Assembly (NCBI GenBank): GCA_965645245.1
Contig: OZ287070.1
Span: forward strand, 558,001-622,000
Source of the DNA: Massalongia carnosa
Lineage: Eukaryota
Reading direction: 5' to 3'
DNA length: 64,000 bases
Part shown: positions 52,864 through 64,000 of the stretch, piece by piece
How the letters are laid out: every line of letters begins with the position of its first letter
Numbering within the stretch: the first letter of the stretch is position 1
The notes under the pieces: model-generated
The model's database searches: none
Told to the model about the DNA's origin: nothing
What the model saw: only the letters and a program-made list of their open reading frames with translations
Position numbers and translations under genes: made by a program

Positions 52864-53640
52864 ATGCCTCCAAAGAATTGCAGCAAGCCCCCTGCATTAA
52901 GCGGACCTCTTTCATATCAGACTCTTGCTCCACGTGGCCACGGGCTTGATGAGGATGATGAAAATATTGAGAATGTCCTACCCCCAAGGTTTTAGCTAAC
53001 AAAAGGCGAAGCCTGCAACAAAAAGTACTCGCCGTGATGACTATGACGATGACGAGAACAACAAGGAACCATTGCCTCGACCCCCCCAAAAGGGCAAGAG
53101 TAGGCTACAACAGGTAGCAATGATGAAAATGGTGAGCTGAGGCGCAACGATAGCGATGATAGCGATGATAACGATGATAACGATAGATACAGAACTAGCC
53201 TTCGAGGAGGAGGTAATCGCGCGCTTTATTGGCACGGGTGCCAAAGCCGAAGCCGTGATCGTGGCAATTCCTGGGCTTTGGTGAGACGCCGGGAAAACTC
53301 AAGAGCTGCCGCGCGAAGAGGCGGGGATTTCAACTCGTAAAAGAAGAACGGAGGTAGCAGGCGATCGAGAAGCGCTCGTGAGGATGACGAAGAGGACGAC
53401 GAAGAGGTGTTGAAGATTGTTCAGTATCTACCTATAGATATTAGCTAGCTGAATCCTGCCACGGTTTTCGAGTTGACAGAAATCCTCGGCGTTAAAACGG
53501 CAGAGCTAGAGTAATGGTACAACCGGGAACTGATCCGTGCAGATAGAACGACTAGGAAGCCTGGATTACATACGCCTTCTAGCAAAACTGGATGAGAACA
53601 AATTCGCTAGCCTTAAGAAGCACTTGAGGCATTGACCTAA
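52864..53640 (+). pseudogene. Decayed gene with acidic tracts and a possible chromodomain-like end
   Basis: Protein-like pieces (MPPK..., DEDDEN, DDYDDDEN, DSDDSDDNDDND, EDDEEDDEE, FELTEILGVK) spread over shifting frames with several stops. Confidence 0.35.
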
Positions 53641-54209
53641 TCAAGCAATCACCACCTGCAAGATCGTCGCCACAACGCGGATGTGGCAGAAGCTCTCTAC
53701 CGGCATGGGGAAGATGGGTGGCTGGCCACACCAGCCATGAGGAGGAGCTGGCGGAGCAGGCAATTCAGCGAGTCCGCAGTTAGGGGCTAAGAGACTGCAT
53801 CAATTAAAACTGTCGTTTGATGCGGATATTATACAATTCCACGCACTCGCACTCTAGAAATCTAGCGGCAAGCCGGGGTGTGTTTTTGGCTCCGACATGC
53901 GTGGGGTGGGAATAATCATTGAATGGGTTGACTTGTGAGGTCTGGTATAGATAGATTGAATGCACACGAGTATGGGATGTCCTAGATAACTCTTTGGGTT
54001 TTCCTGATTCTGGCAAATATGAATGCTCACTCTGAGCACTAAATCAGGAACTCAAAGGCGTCGTTTGTGGCGCTTTCAGGCGAATGACGGGTAAGTTCAT
54101 TTGTAACAGATGCTTCGAAAACGCTCTAGCCCTTCCCGTTATTCCGCTTCATCCAACAAACATCGACGCTGACTGTACGCATGGCTCTAGATAGTTCTAT
54201 CTTTTTATT

Positions 54210-56006
54210 ATGACAACAGGTGGGCATGGCGACTATAGTGGCTTGGTGCACCGCGTTGAAATGAGCTTAAATGCTTTGACCACCCGTGTCATCCAACTAC
54301 AAACAGCCATAGGCAACCTTCAAGATTTGGAGCAGCGGCTTCAAGACAAAGTACGTTGCCTTATTCCATGCATTGTTTTCTGCTCTCATAGTCGCAATGA
54401 AGAAAAACAAATAGCTCTAGATCTGAAGCTACGTCAGTAGTAGTGATTGATAACATTTATCGCCTCGGAGTTTTCGTCCATCTTTTTCATTTGGTCCAAA
54501 CTTGGAGATGTTGCCGAATCTAACAGCTCTGTATTATAATAGGGTCATCAAACCATTCAATCGGAACAACTTCTACGTCTACCGAAAGTAAAAACCACAA
54601 CTAGTACGAGTAGTGCTACCATCCCCAGAACCCGGGCAAACGATCCAAAACCAGAGGCAGTCTTTAAGTCCCAAAACATGCCTGATGCTCTGACGAAGCA
54701 AGGATCACTAGAAGCCTCTAAAACCCTCGGATCTAGCCAAAGGCCTGGCAAACCAGATTCATCTCCAGATACCGCAGCTACATCCAGTTGCAATTCAAAC
54801 GAGATCGACTCCAAGCTACACCTTTTACCAGCATTCCAAGATCCTCAAAATGAGCCTACTGGTGAAGCCGCTATGGGTTGTCCTTTCGCCTCGATGAAGC
54901 CTGCTCAGGTTGGTGACTCTCGGAGGACATGGTCACCCTACGGATCTATCACTCCACGCCCCGATGACTTATCGATGCCTTCAATCCATCCAGAACCTAT
55001 GCCAAAAGACCCAATCGCGGCTGAGTTTCGACGCACAGGAGCGTCCTCACCGCCACCTTCGGTGAATGGATCAGTTTCCATATGTCCAATCAGGTTCCTC
55101 GATCAACATACACCTGAAGAGGTTGCAGAATATTTCAAGCATCACAGGCATGAAGTGCCAAGAAGTCACGAGCTCTGCGTCAAACGTTTTCAGAGCAACG
55201 CCGCAAGTATTCGGCAGCTCGACGCAAAGTACCAGGATCTTGGCAGCGTACTTCAAGGTCTAGGAGCAAAGCATCAACCCCTGCTGCATACGAAGGAGGA
55301 AGCGGACATCATGGCTACCCAAAGAACTCTCAGGGAACCAGACAGCTTAACCGAGCAGCGAGATTCTATAGCGAAGGTGGAGGACTGGGCACATACGGTC
55401 GAAAAAATGGAGGATGCCAAAAGCAACGATCCCGCAAATCAACCCTCGCCAAGCAGCCGAGAAGGGCACTTCGATCGGGTATTTAAAGAAGTTCGAGTGG
55501 GCGAGTCTCCAAGCAGACCATGGGGAATCTCCGTTCCTATGATAGAGCGTGCGGCCCGGACCGAGTCTTTGGAAAAGGGGCCGAAGGACAGCGCGTCATT
55601 AATGCAGGATACATCGAAGTACCTCACCACGCGGAAAGAAAAAGATGAGATCAATCCTGTCACCTTGTACCACTGCCCCCGCGACCTTTGCTTACAATCT
55701 TCGGAAAATGACTTTGCAACTTTGGAGCAAATGGCGGTGCATATCTTAAACGGTCATCAATGGGGAGAGCAGTCTTTTCCGACCAATGCCCCAATTGGCA
55801 GGGAATCCGTCGCCGGTTTAACGGGTGGTGACCAACCCGCAACTTTGCGCAAAAATCCCCACATCCCGTCAGAGCCTACGAGTTATGAACTGACAACGCG
55901 GAGGACGTCCCAAGTGACATTTAATGGCCCAGTTTTTTTTGGGTATCCTGCCGATCAAGCCGCGGTGCTGCTGGGGCTCGGTGCTATGAATCCGTCTAGG
56001 CCCTGA
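54210..56006 (+). CDS. Conserved fungal hypothetical protein, 2 exons
   Basis: Coiled-coil exon 1 (54210-54350) splices GTACGT...TAG in frame into ORF 54678-56006, which contains GCPFA, CPIRFLDQHTPEEVAEYF..H.HEVPRSHELCVKR...LDAKY, LG.KHQPLL, RVGESPSRPWGI and FNGPVFFGYP. Confidence 0.8.
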
Positions 56007-57081
56007 GTTTTCTGGATGAATCCGTTTTCTTTGGGCTGGGGGTGGGGCGTTGCTAGCGTCGGGTCAAGGTATGTGTAAAGGAGGAAAAATATTTTCTAGC
56101 GTTTATTGGATTTGAGAGACCGAGGTCATCGTTCAAATCAACTAAGATTTGAGAGGAAAACAGCATGTATTATGATGGTGGAAGAAAAGAGTTTTTATAC
56201 GAGGTATAATGTAGTTTCTACCGAATCTTACGACATGGGGCACTTTTCATTCGCTATTCGTTTTATTTACTACATAGGTTGCAATCCCGCTTCCCTCCCT
56301 AGTTAAGCAAAAACCCAAATCATGAAGAAATCCTTCCTTTCTGTCGGCTAAGTCACCTCTCTTGCGAAAGGTAAAATTTAAATTCATTAGACCCAATCAA
56401 CCTGTTTCCTCCGCCCACTCCCCCTTTCTTCGTCTTTGCAGCTATGCTATACCACGCCATACTATGCCCCCGTTTATTTCTCTCCCTCTCTCATATCCAC
56501 ATATACACACACTCTCTCTCTCACTCTCTCCATCTTTTTTTGCATTGATCGACCCATCCATTCTTTTCCTCCAGACCCCTTCTTCCCCCCCCCCCCCCCA
56601 CAAAATAAGCTATGTTTGGATGTTTGGGAAGCGAACACTAAGGTCGAGGGAACGAGAAGAGGGACGAGAGAGGTTTGAAAATATTGGGGAAGGGGAGAGG
56701 GGTAAGGTGAGTAACTCGCTAAGCTGGATGGTATGATGTAAAAAAAAGCAAAGCTTTAGGAAAAGGGGGGGAAACGGAGGGAGTTGCAAGAAATGGATAG
56801 GGACATTGAACACGTAGGTATACCTATCCTAGAAGATTGCGTTTCCCGGACTCATGTTGCTGAGCCATTGATTATAAAAAGCCCCGGAACCCCCCTTTGC
56901 TCTTTCTCTCACGCCCCCTACCCCGGCCCGAAATTGTGAACCTACTCCGTCCGTCATGTCAAATGTATGCACCCCCTGTTTGGCGTCCGTAGCACCCTTG
57001 TATCTAACGTCTCCCCAAGGCAAAGAATTAATTAAAGGCAACATCATTCAATCTCCCCATCAACCACCGCGCTCCGTCCAT

Positions 57082-58382
57082 CTAAACATGTCCCGAATCC
57101 TGTTGTGAGAGGCTGAAGCCATAGCTGTTGTCGACGGTGTATTGCTTCGGGTCACGATACTGATTGCAATTGGTGGCGTATTCCTTGGCCCACGGCTGGG
57201 TGTAGAGCGAGCAGGCGGTGCCGTCGGGCACGCCGTCGATGGAAAGGAGGTAGGCGTTGAAGAAGTTCTAGGTAGGGTTGTCAGCCGCTGTGAGTCTCGT
57301 CTTTAGAACAGTCTGGTTGGGAAATGAAAACTTTCATACGCAAGCTCGATAGCTGCCATCCGCGTTGGGATGACGGTGATCGTAAGCAGTGGTTGTGTTG
57401 CAGGCGGCGGCACAGAGGCCGGCATCATAAGGACCTGGAATGTACTTCTGACCCATATACGTATTCGTACCATTAGCCAGGGGAGCGTTGATAGCGCAGC
57501 CGAAAGTGACGGGACCGGTGTAGCCAGGTATCGGAGATGGGGGATTAGGCTTGGTATAGCCTAATAGATTTTGTCAGCTAGGTAACGACGAAGCATAAAG
57601 ATAAGGATTCTGCGCTGACCGTTAGACCCTGTAATAACAACCTGAAAATCTCTACGGTATTGGCCTTTGTTCTGGGCGCTTGCTGTGTTCACATTAGAGC
57701 CCCACAGGGTACATTTGATATTGGTGAAGCTGGGGGGGTTGGGGCACGCGGCGGCCGGCTTCACAGTTGGGTCTCGCTCGAAGTAGATGTTGAATGCTCG
57801 ACAGACGCTGACCATGTCGCAAAGCTCCGAACACTTCTGCGTATCATACGTCTCGAGAGTGTAGAGCCCTAGGTAGGTATTGGCATTGGACGAAGCGTTC
57901 AGGTTGACAAAGTTTCGGGTGTATCCGTGTGGGGTTGCTGCGTTCTGTGAGGTCGACTAAAAGCCATAAGCTGAATTCAGGTGTAGGAGCAGTAGGTAAG
58001 TCGTACCGCAAACAGCGAATATGCATTGAACGCAGCCACATTGTCTTCGGGTGGTGTCGGGCCATATCCATCAGGTTGCGGAGCGCAATCATCATTGACC
58101 CCACGCTTAGTTTTGTGCTTCACAGGATCTGCGAGTGTAGCATATGTGTCCGCCGCCACGCTGGCAGCTTCTTCGGAAGGACTATAGACAGGCGGTTCGC
58201 TGACGGAATCCACTGCTGGTCCACTTGAATCTGGCTGGTTGGCAGACTGAATGATGTCAGACAGCTGGTGTTCTCATGGCTCATTCTGCACCTACCTCGA
58301 TTACATCCCAATCGAACTCCTGTGGGTGGGGAGCAGCTACGGCCAGGCTAAGTAAGGCCGAGATCACAAATGCAGTACGCAT
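57082..58382 (-). CDS. Secreted Cys-rich protein with two related PAN/Apple-like modules, 5 exons
   Basis: Signal peptide MRTAFVISALLSLAVAAP, pro-region ending KTKR (Kex2-type), then CAPQPDGYGP, GYTRNFVNLNAS...YLGLYTLETYDTQKCSELCD...CRAFNIYFERDP...IKCTLWG...NKGQYR, second module FFNAYLL...CSLY...ATN; stop TAG at 57082. Confidence 0.85.
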
Positions 58383-59092
58383 CTTAAGGCGCTTTGAATA
58401 GAGAGATAGCACACTATAAACGAATACGAGGGAGTCTGCGGTTTGAACGGCTGGTGCTGTTGTTGTGGTTTTCTGAACAAGTAGGTCTGCGCTTTGGAAT
58501 GCTTATGATATATGGGAAACATCGTGGGTTTATATCTCTAGATAACTATCGATTCGTGCGGGGTGAAATTACTTCGCTGGCCTAGTCCGTGCTGAGAAGT
58601 GGAGGCGCCAGGAGCTCAATGACAAGCAATCTTGATTTGCTCAAGGCTAGATGCTCGTTGAGCCAGCCACAAGTCGGTTATCGAGCCCTCATTGAGTTGA
58701 GACATCCCAGGAGAAGTTGGACCGACAACTATAAGGGTGTCTATAAAAAGAGGATGAGATTAAGCTAGCTCAATGGTCTCGATGGTTGCACCCGAAAACA
58801 ATTAGTGAAAAGGTTGAAATGAGCACGATCAGGCACGACGCCGGGAGATGAAATTGGAAATATCCCCAAACGAGGAAAGGGAAACGAGGGAGGGAAGAGG
58901 AAAGAATTGGAGAATTAGACAGAGAGGAAGAAAATGAGCTTGACGATATCGACGCTGATGCTGCTGATGCTGCTGCCATGGCCGAGGCCGAGGCCGAATG
59001 CGGATTTTGACATCTCCCAACCGGGAAAGCCAAAAAACGGTCGGAATTCAAGGTTGACGCTAGTCATGGTACATCCATGCCGCGAAATCCAC

Positions 59093-59198
59093 GAGTGTCA
59101 AGGGTGTCAAGGGTATCAAGGGTATCAAGGGTATCAAGGGTATCAAGGGTATCAAGGGTATCAAGGGTATCAAGGGTGTCAAGGGTGTCAAAGGTGTC
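59093..59198. repeat. 9-bp minisatellite (GGGTRTCAA) x11.7
   Basis: Two TGT-type units, seven perfect GGGTATCAA units, two TGT-type units and a partial unit. Confidence 0.95.
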
Positions 59199-62100
59199 TC
59201 TGCTTTGCCTAGCCCTAGCCATAGCCCTTGGATCCAGGATATTCTGTGCTCTGGACACGCACAGGTCCAGGTCCGCCTTGCTCCAGGGCAATTGTCTCTC
59301 ATCTTAGTCCTTTAAATATCACCGCCACCTACTCAAGCCTCTTCCACCGTACGAAGACGCGTACCAAACGAACCAGTACAAAACAACCCCAAAGGATGTC
59401 TGCATCCGAGACCTCAGGAAAAGCACCCAAGCACCCAAGCACTTTAAGCAAGCCAGTCCTGTCCGAACATGGGTTTTGCTTGGAAGCAGAACAGCATAAT
59501 AGAATGCTAAAGATAACCACAACGGTAGAAAGTGAGGTACGTCGAGACGAAAGACGTGACCAAGGAAACATGGTAAAGGTAACATCAGTAACCACTTTTA
59601 ACCAGCGCCCCATGTTTCAGTCATTTGAGGAGAATATTCTGAAACGACGTCTGCAAATTTGTATTCTCATTGGTGCAAAGCGTGTTTTGCTAAGTAGAAA
59701 AGGAGACAAGGAGAGACCCCGCGGAGACCTCAAGATGCATTGCTCGACTCTTTCTTCGCACTGGTGGGCCAAGGGAAATGGGTTGAAGTCAGAAAGCAAA
59801 GCACGACCTGTCCGAGGTTCAGAGGCTGCACCATGCATGGAAAGCCTTGATGCCTCACAGGTCTCCATGCCAGATCGCAGCATATTCCCCGCATAGGAAT
59901 ACGTCCATTGAACGGTAGGCAAGGCCTACCGAGTCTGGGTTTCCTCGTGTAATGGGAATGATCCCAACTAAGGGTTATTCGTACCTAGAGAAAGCCATCG
60001 CTATACTCTTTAAGGCGCAAACGAGTGGGCCTCTGTAAGGAGAGACACTTTTTAGCGACCCCGCAGGCGGAGCGGTGGTTGACTTACGAATACTCTACCG
60101 GTGGCTTCAACGATCGCAGTTTTTACTCCAGTTGTGCTTATGGTGCTCTGTATTGCATGTTGAAGGAGTTGTTCGGCATTCATGGTTCTGGTGGTCGTCC
60201 CCAGTGTGTATTCGGTTAACGGAGGATACTGCAACGCTAGAAAACATACGTTATCGTCGATGCGCAATCCTTGGCACGCCACCAATATTAATGACCAGTT
60301 TGAAATCTATCGTTGCACTATATGCAGAAACACAAATTTAGAAAACGACTGACAAGATTCATGATTTAAGATCATGGCCTCAGCGAATTTAGTCGAAGGA
60401 TGCGCCTCTAGCCTTGCGAGAAGGAATAGCCAAGCCCGCAGTACTTGGTACATCGCAGAATCATCTGCGCCGTGCGCACATTCATATTACCTTGCCGGCG
60501 CTAGTAGCAGCTGAGCCTTGGATTGGGACATTTTATTTTAGGTAGCCAAAATAGTCTATTTAGTATTGGTAATCCCAAGGCTCTGGAAAAGATGGGGTTT
60601 CTCGTGAGGGGCTGCTCCCTACAACAGCCTCAAGTGAGCACCTAAGGGCAAAATTGAGTTCGGCCAAGCGATGGCTTAGGCGCCAGAGAGGACGCGAGAT
60701 TGAGCACGTGGTCGTTCTCGAAGATTAGGGAAACCCAGTGTACTGTCTTTCGTGGTTTGTAAGACTCCAGGACTGGATGAGCAGGTCCCTGTCAGTTGTA
60801 TCCATAATTTATACAGGGTATAGCTGAAGACAATGATTGCTAGCTGTCACTGAATGGACCAAGTTCAGGATTCAATGTTCGACACCGATCCTAGTAACCT
60901 AGTGGGGTTTGGAGTTTGAGGGCTCTTTGCCTGGGGATATCGCTTTTGCAGGATGATGAGCCGCTCTAAGTCCTCAGATCTTAGTATTTGCTACAATATC
61001 CAGATTCAAGAAAATTGCTGATTCGGCCTTGGTAGGCAATGAGTGAAGTGATGCGAACAGGCCAGCCTGTTCTGACGATGACATTTAGCTTACAGGGTTA
61101 ATTCTATTAGGAGAATAATGAAAAGGGCTCTTCATCCAGCTACGCATAACGAGACTTGGGATTCTGGATGAAATGGAAAAAAGATATTCTTAGCTATGCC
61201 TTGCGTCCCGTGCACGTCCTATCGTTCATAGCAAATATCACCATTGATATAAGAGCTGCGGATTGAAAGGAATATCAGGGAAAGGCTATCTTCAACGTTT
61301 CTGACAATCCAGATGTTTGAAACAAGCGCAGATTTCTAAGGCGAGCAATCTGCACCATCCTAGACCCAGAAAATAAATATGTGAACTGGTGACATGATTG
61401 ACAGCACTTTCGAAAGGCTTAGATTTAAAAAAAAAACCCCCCGGTACTGCGGACAACTGAGGGTAATATCACAGATCTTGACCGGCATATATAAGGGACG
61501 GGAAGAAGATGGCCAGACACCAACGCAGCTTGACAAGGCAGAATTCCATTTGCTCTGAGAATGATTAAATACGCAACAAATACGAGGCATGCTTTCCGTG
61601 CTTACGTTGCATGGAAGGGGTTGGTGCTTCTCGCAATACCCAGAAGAAGTCCTGCCTCAAGGCACGCCATGAATTCCAATGAATCCCGCACCTTCAAATA
61701 GCAAGTCCAGCGAAAACACTATCACAGCGTGATATGTCGGACCGGTGAAGGTGGAAGCCATCCAAGTTTCAGAGACTGTGGTGGAAAGCATTCCCTGATG
61801 TTAGTTGGCTAAGGCATCAAACCATGTGGTTAGCCGCCGATTTCCAGGACGGGTTTTCAAGAAAAGAAATGTTGTCTGGCTTGGTGGTTTGACTTCGACA
61901 ACCCCAATATCCGTGACGGCTAGCCATGGCCAAATTTGCAATGGCAGGTGCAGAATCTCAGGCGTTATCGATCAGCGGCAGCTACAAGTCCGATAGAAGT
62001 AGCAGCCCTTCAGATATACTCTGTACAGCAACGGTCATGTGAAAGTTTATAGCACCCATGATAGGTATCACATTTTCTCCAGAGTCTATACCCTACGCAC

Positions 62101-62473
62101 GGCGGTTCTGCATGGGGGTTCCAGCTGGTCAAAACTGGCGCTCCGTGCGTTCTACAGAGTACAGAATACAAATGAAGGGCCTAAAGGAGATCCAGCAAGC
62201 CGAAATAATCTATGATTGACAAATTTTACGCTCGAGCCTCACGGCTTAATGCGATGAAGATGAGAAGAAACAAAGAACCCAGGTTAAAGTATGGATCCAT
62301 GGTATTACGTGTACAGAGTAGGTACTCACATACTCTGTAGCGTCCTGAAGATCGACAGTCCTATTCAAGGATACGTACCGTACGCTGTACGGTTTGGCCG
62401 GTACGGAATGTACATCTGCACTGAGTTACTCTGCACATGTGTTCACGATTGACGGGAGAGAGCGATCGGTACT

Positions 62474-62522
62474 CTGTATGCTGTACGCTGTACGCTGTAC
62501 GCTGTACGCTGTACGCTGTACA
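62474..62522. repeat. 7-bp tandem repeat (CTGTACG) x7
   Basis: ctgtatg, five ctgtacg, ctgtaca. Confidence 0.95.
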
Positions 62523-63253
62523 CCGCACGCTACCCTTGGTACGTATGTATCATCAGCCGCAATCCGTGGACCCATGGATTCGTGGATCCGTACCAATATA
62601 CAGAGTAATATGAGATGAAAAGACATGGACAAGGGGGATGATAAGGTGACACAACACCAAGGCACTTGATGGAATACCATGGCGTATAGAGTACAAAGTA
62701 CAGAGTTCGGAGTATCAAGATGATGGTTAAATGTCAACTCGTTTCGTTTCTAATGGTTGCACACTTTGAACTTTCGAAGCCACTGGAAACGCCAGAAGAA
62801 TGTCGGTGTATCGATGCAGCGATCGAGAATGCTCTCTTCATTCGCTGGGAGTGATTTGAAAGGATGGCCCCGTTGTCCTTTCATTTGACCAGGTCGACAT
62901 AGGATGATGGGAATTCACTTTGACTTCCCTCGGGCTTCCCTTTGGCTTTTTCCTTCGTCCTGTCAAATGTGTCAAAGGGCGTCAAAGAGTGTCACAAATC
63001 GTTCCCGGGCCGGCTCCTTACGACCCGCTCTTAACCTTATCGGGCCACTAGAAGCGCAGGCAAAGGTAAATCACGCAACCGGCAGCAACCCCCTGCGACA
63101 AAAAACTCAATCGATATCCGAGAGGCCATCCTGATCCAGCTCAACCATGGACACGCCATCACGTCAAACAAAATCTTTGCTCCATATGCTCTTGCCCTTG
63201 AGCTGGTCCCCGTAATACAACGTACAGAGTACGTTTTTCGGTTAGGTACGTAT

Positions 63254-63295
63254 CGCCGTACGCCGTACGCCGTACGCCGCACGCAGTACGCAGAA
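63254..63295. repeat. 7-bp tandem repeat (CGCCGTA) x6, degenerate
   Basis: Three cgccgta, then cgccgca, cgcagta, cgcagaa; a variant of the 62474 repeat unit. Confidence 0.85.
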
Positions 63296-63550
63296 TATAT
63301 CGATTCACAACTAACCTATGACTGATGAATACAACGAAGGTATCTTACCTCCCTTGATAAACCAAATAATATCGTTTGAAACCACCATTAAATTTGCTCC
63401 ACCCCCGTAATCTTTGTTTATTCTGTCCTGTGCTCGTCATGGCGTTTACAAATCACACACCCCCGTCCAGCTTAAACCAAAGAATAGTGATATAATACCC
63501 CTCCGTCCGATCCTCATCTCTTTTCCTCTTTCTCTCTTCCCTTCTTCGCA

Positions 63551-64000
63551 ATGCCCAACTTTACCGCAGACCATCATAGTCGAGATAAGCCCGATGCCTC
63601 AATACAGCCCTCCCAAGTCAGACTCCCCACCGCCCCTCCCTCCGCCTCCTCCGAACTCGCCAGTCTTAAGATAAAGTTGCAGCAATCCATCCGCCAGTTC
63701 CTCGACTTTCCTACCAAAGGCATTCTCTTCGAAGACATCCTACCCTTGTTCGCCAACCCGGACCTTCACCGATCCCTCATCCGTGCTTTGGAGCTATATG
63801 TCCGAGGTCATCACGGAGAGGACCAGAAGCCTGATGTGGTGGTCGGGTTGGAAGCAAGAGGATTTCTGTTTGGACCGAGCCTGGCACTTGCGCTGGGGGC
63901 CGGGTTTGTTCCAATCCGAAAGAAGGGCAAGCTACCTGGTCCGACGGAGACAGCTGGATTCGAGAAAGAGTACGGAAAGGACTGGTTTGAAATACAGAAG
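63551..64000 (+). CDS. APT1: Adenine phosphoribosyltransferase (5' part, runs off the window)
   Basis: Not in the ORF track because no stop is in the window. Translation gives IRQFLDFPTKGILFEDILPLF...PDVVVGLEARGFLFGPSLALALGAGFVPIRKKGKLPG...EKEYG. Confidence 0.95.
   Translation, partial: MPNFTADHHSRDKPDASIQPSQVRLPTAPPSASSELASLKIKLQQSIRQFLDFPTKGILFEDILPLFANPDLHRSLIRALELYVRGHHGEDQKPDVVVGLEARGFLFGPSLALALGAGFVPIRKKGKLPGPTETAGFEKEYGKDWFEIQK

Noticed and set aside
59093..59198. CRISPR-like array or telomeric repeat
   Set aside because: No spacers, eukaryotic context, and the unit is not TTAGGG.
59228..60341. 222-aa ORF and downstream fragments as a gene
   Set aside because: No recognisable motif, a TTG start in the track and no coherent exon chain; at best an orphan or pseudogene.

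Overview
A 64-kb, gene-dense, intron-containing eukaryotic region from a filamentous ascomycete (Pezizomycotina; inferred from ~50-nt GT-AG introns with CTRAC branch points and from the gene set). About 17 protein-coding genes can be reconstructed by hand: a TPR/F-box/LRR protein, CTNNBL1, IQGAP, IMP dehydrogenase, a small F-box protein, a NUDT19-like Nudix hydrolase, a forkhead factor, cactin, XLF/Nej1, a long low-complexity orphan, MsrA, a PTH11-like membrane protein, kinesin-8, a small acidic conserved protein, a Tim17/22-like membrane protein, a conserved hypothetical protein and a secreted Cys-rich protein, plus the 5' part of APRT at the right edge. Structure beyond the ORF track: (1) an snR54-type box C/D snoRNA in IMPDH intron 2; (2) a probable non-canonical GA-AG first intron in kinesin-8; (3) an in-frame, non-AUG, presequence-like N-terminal extension of IMPDH; (4) a decayed Mutator-like transposon inserted inside the terminal inverted repeat of a second, internally deleted Mutator-like element, 48 bp upstream of a host start codon; (5) a 375-bp MITE; (6) minisatellites and a dense TACAGAGTA motif cluster upstream of APRT. 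No biosynthetic cluster, rRNA, intact tRNA or CRISPR is visible. All assignments come from motif recognition by eye, with no database searches.
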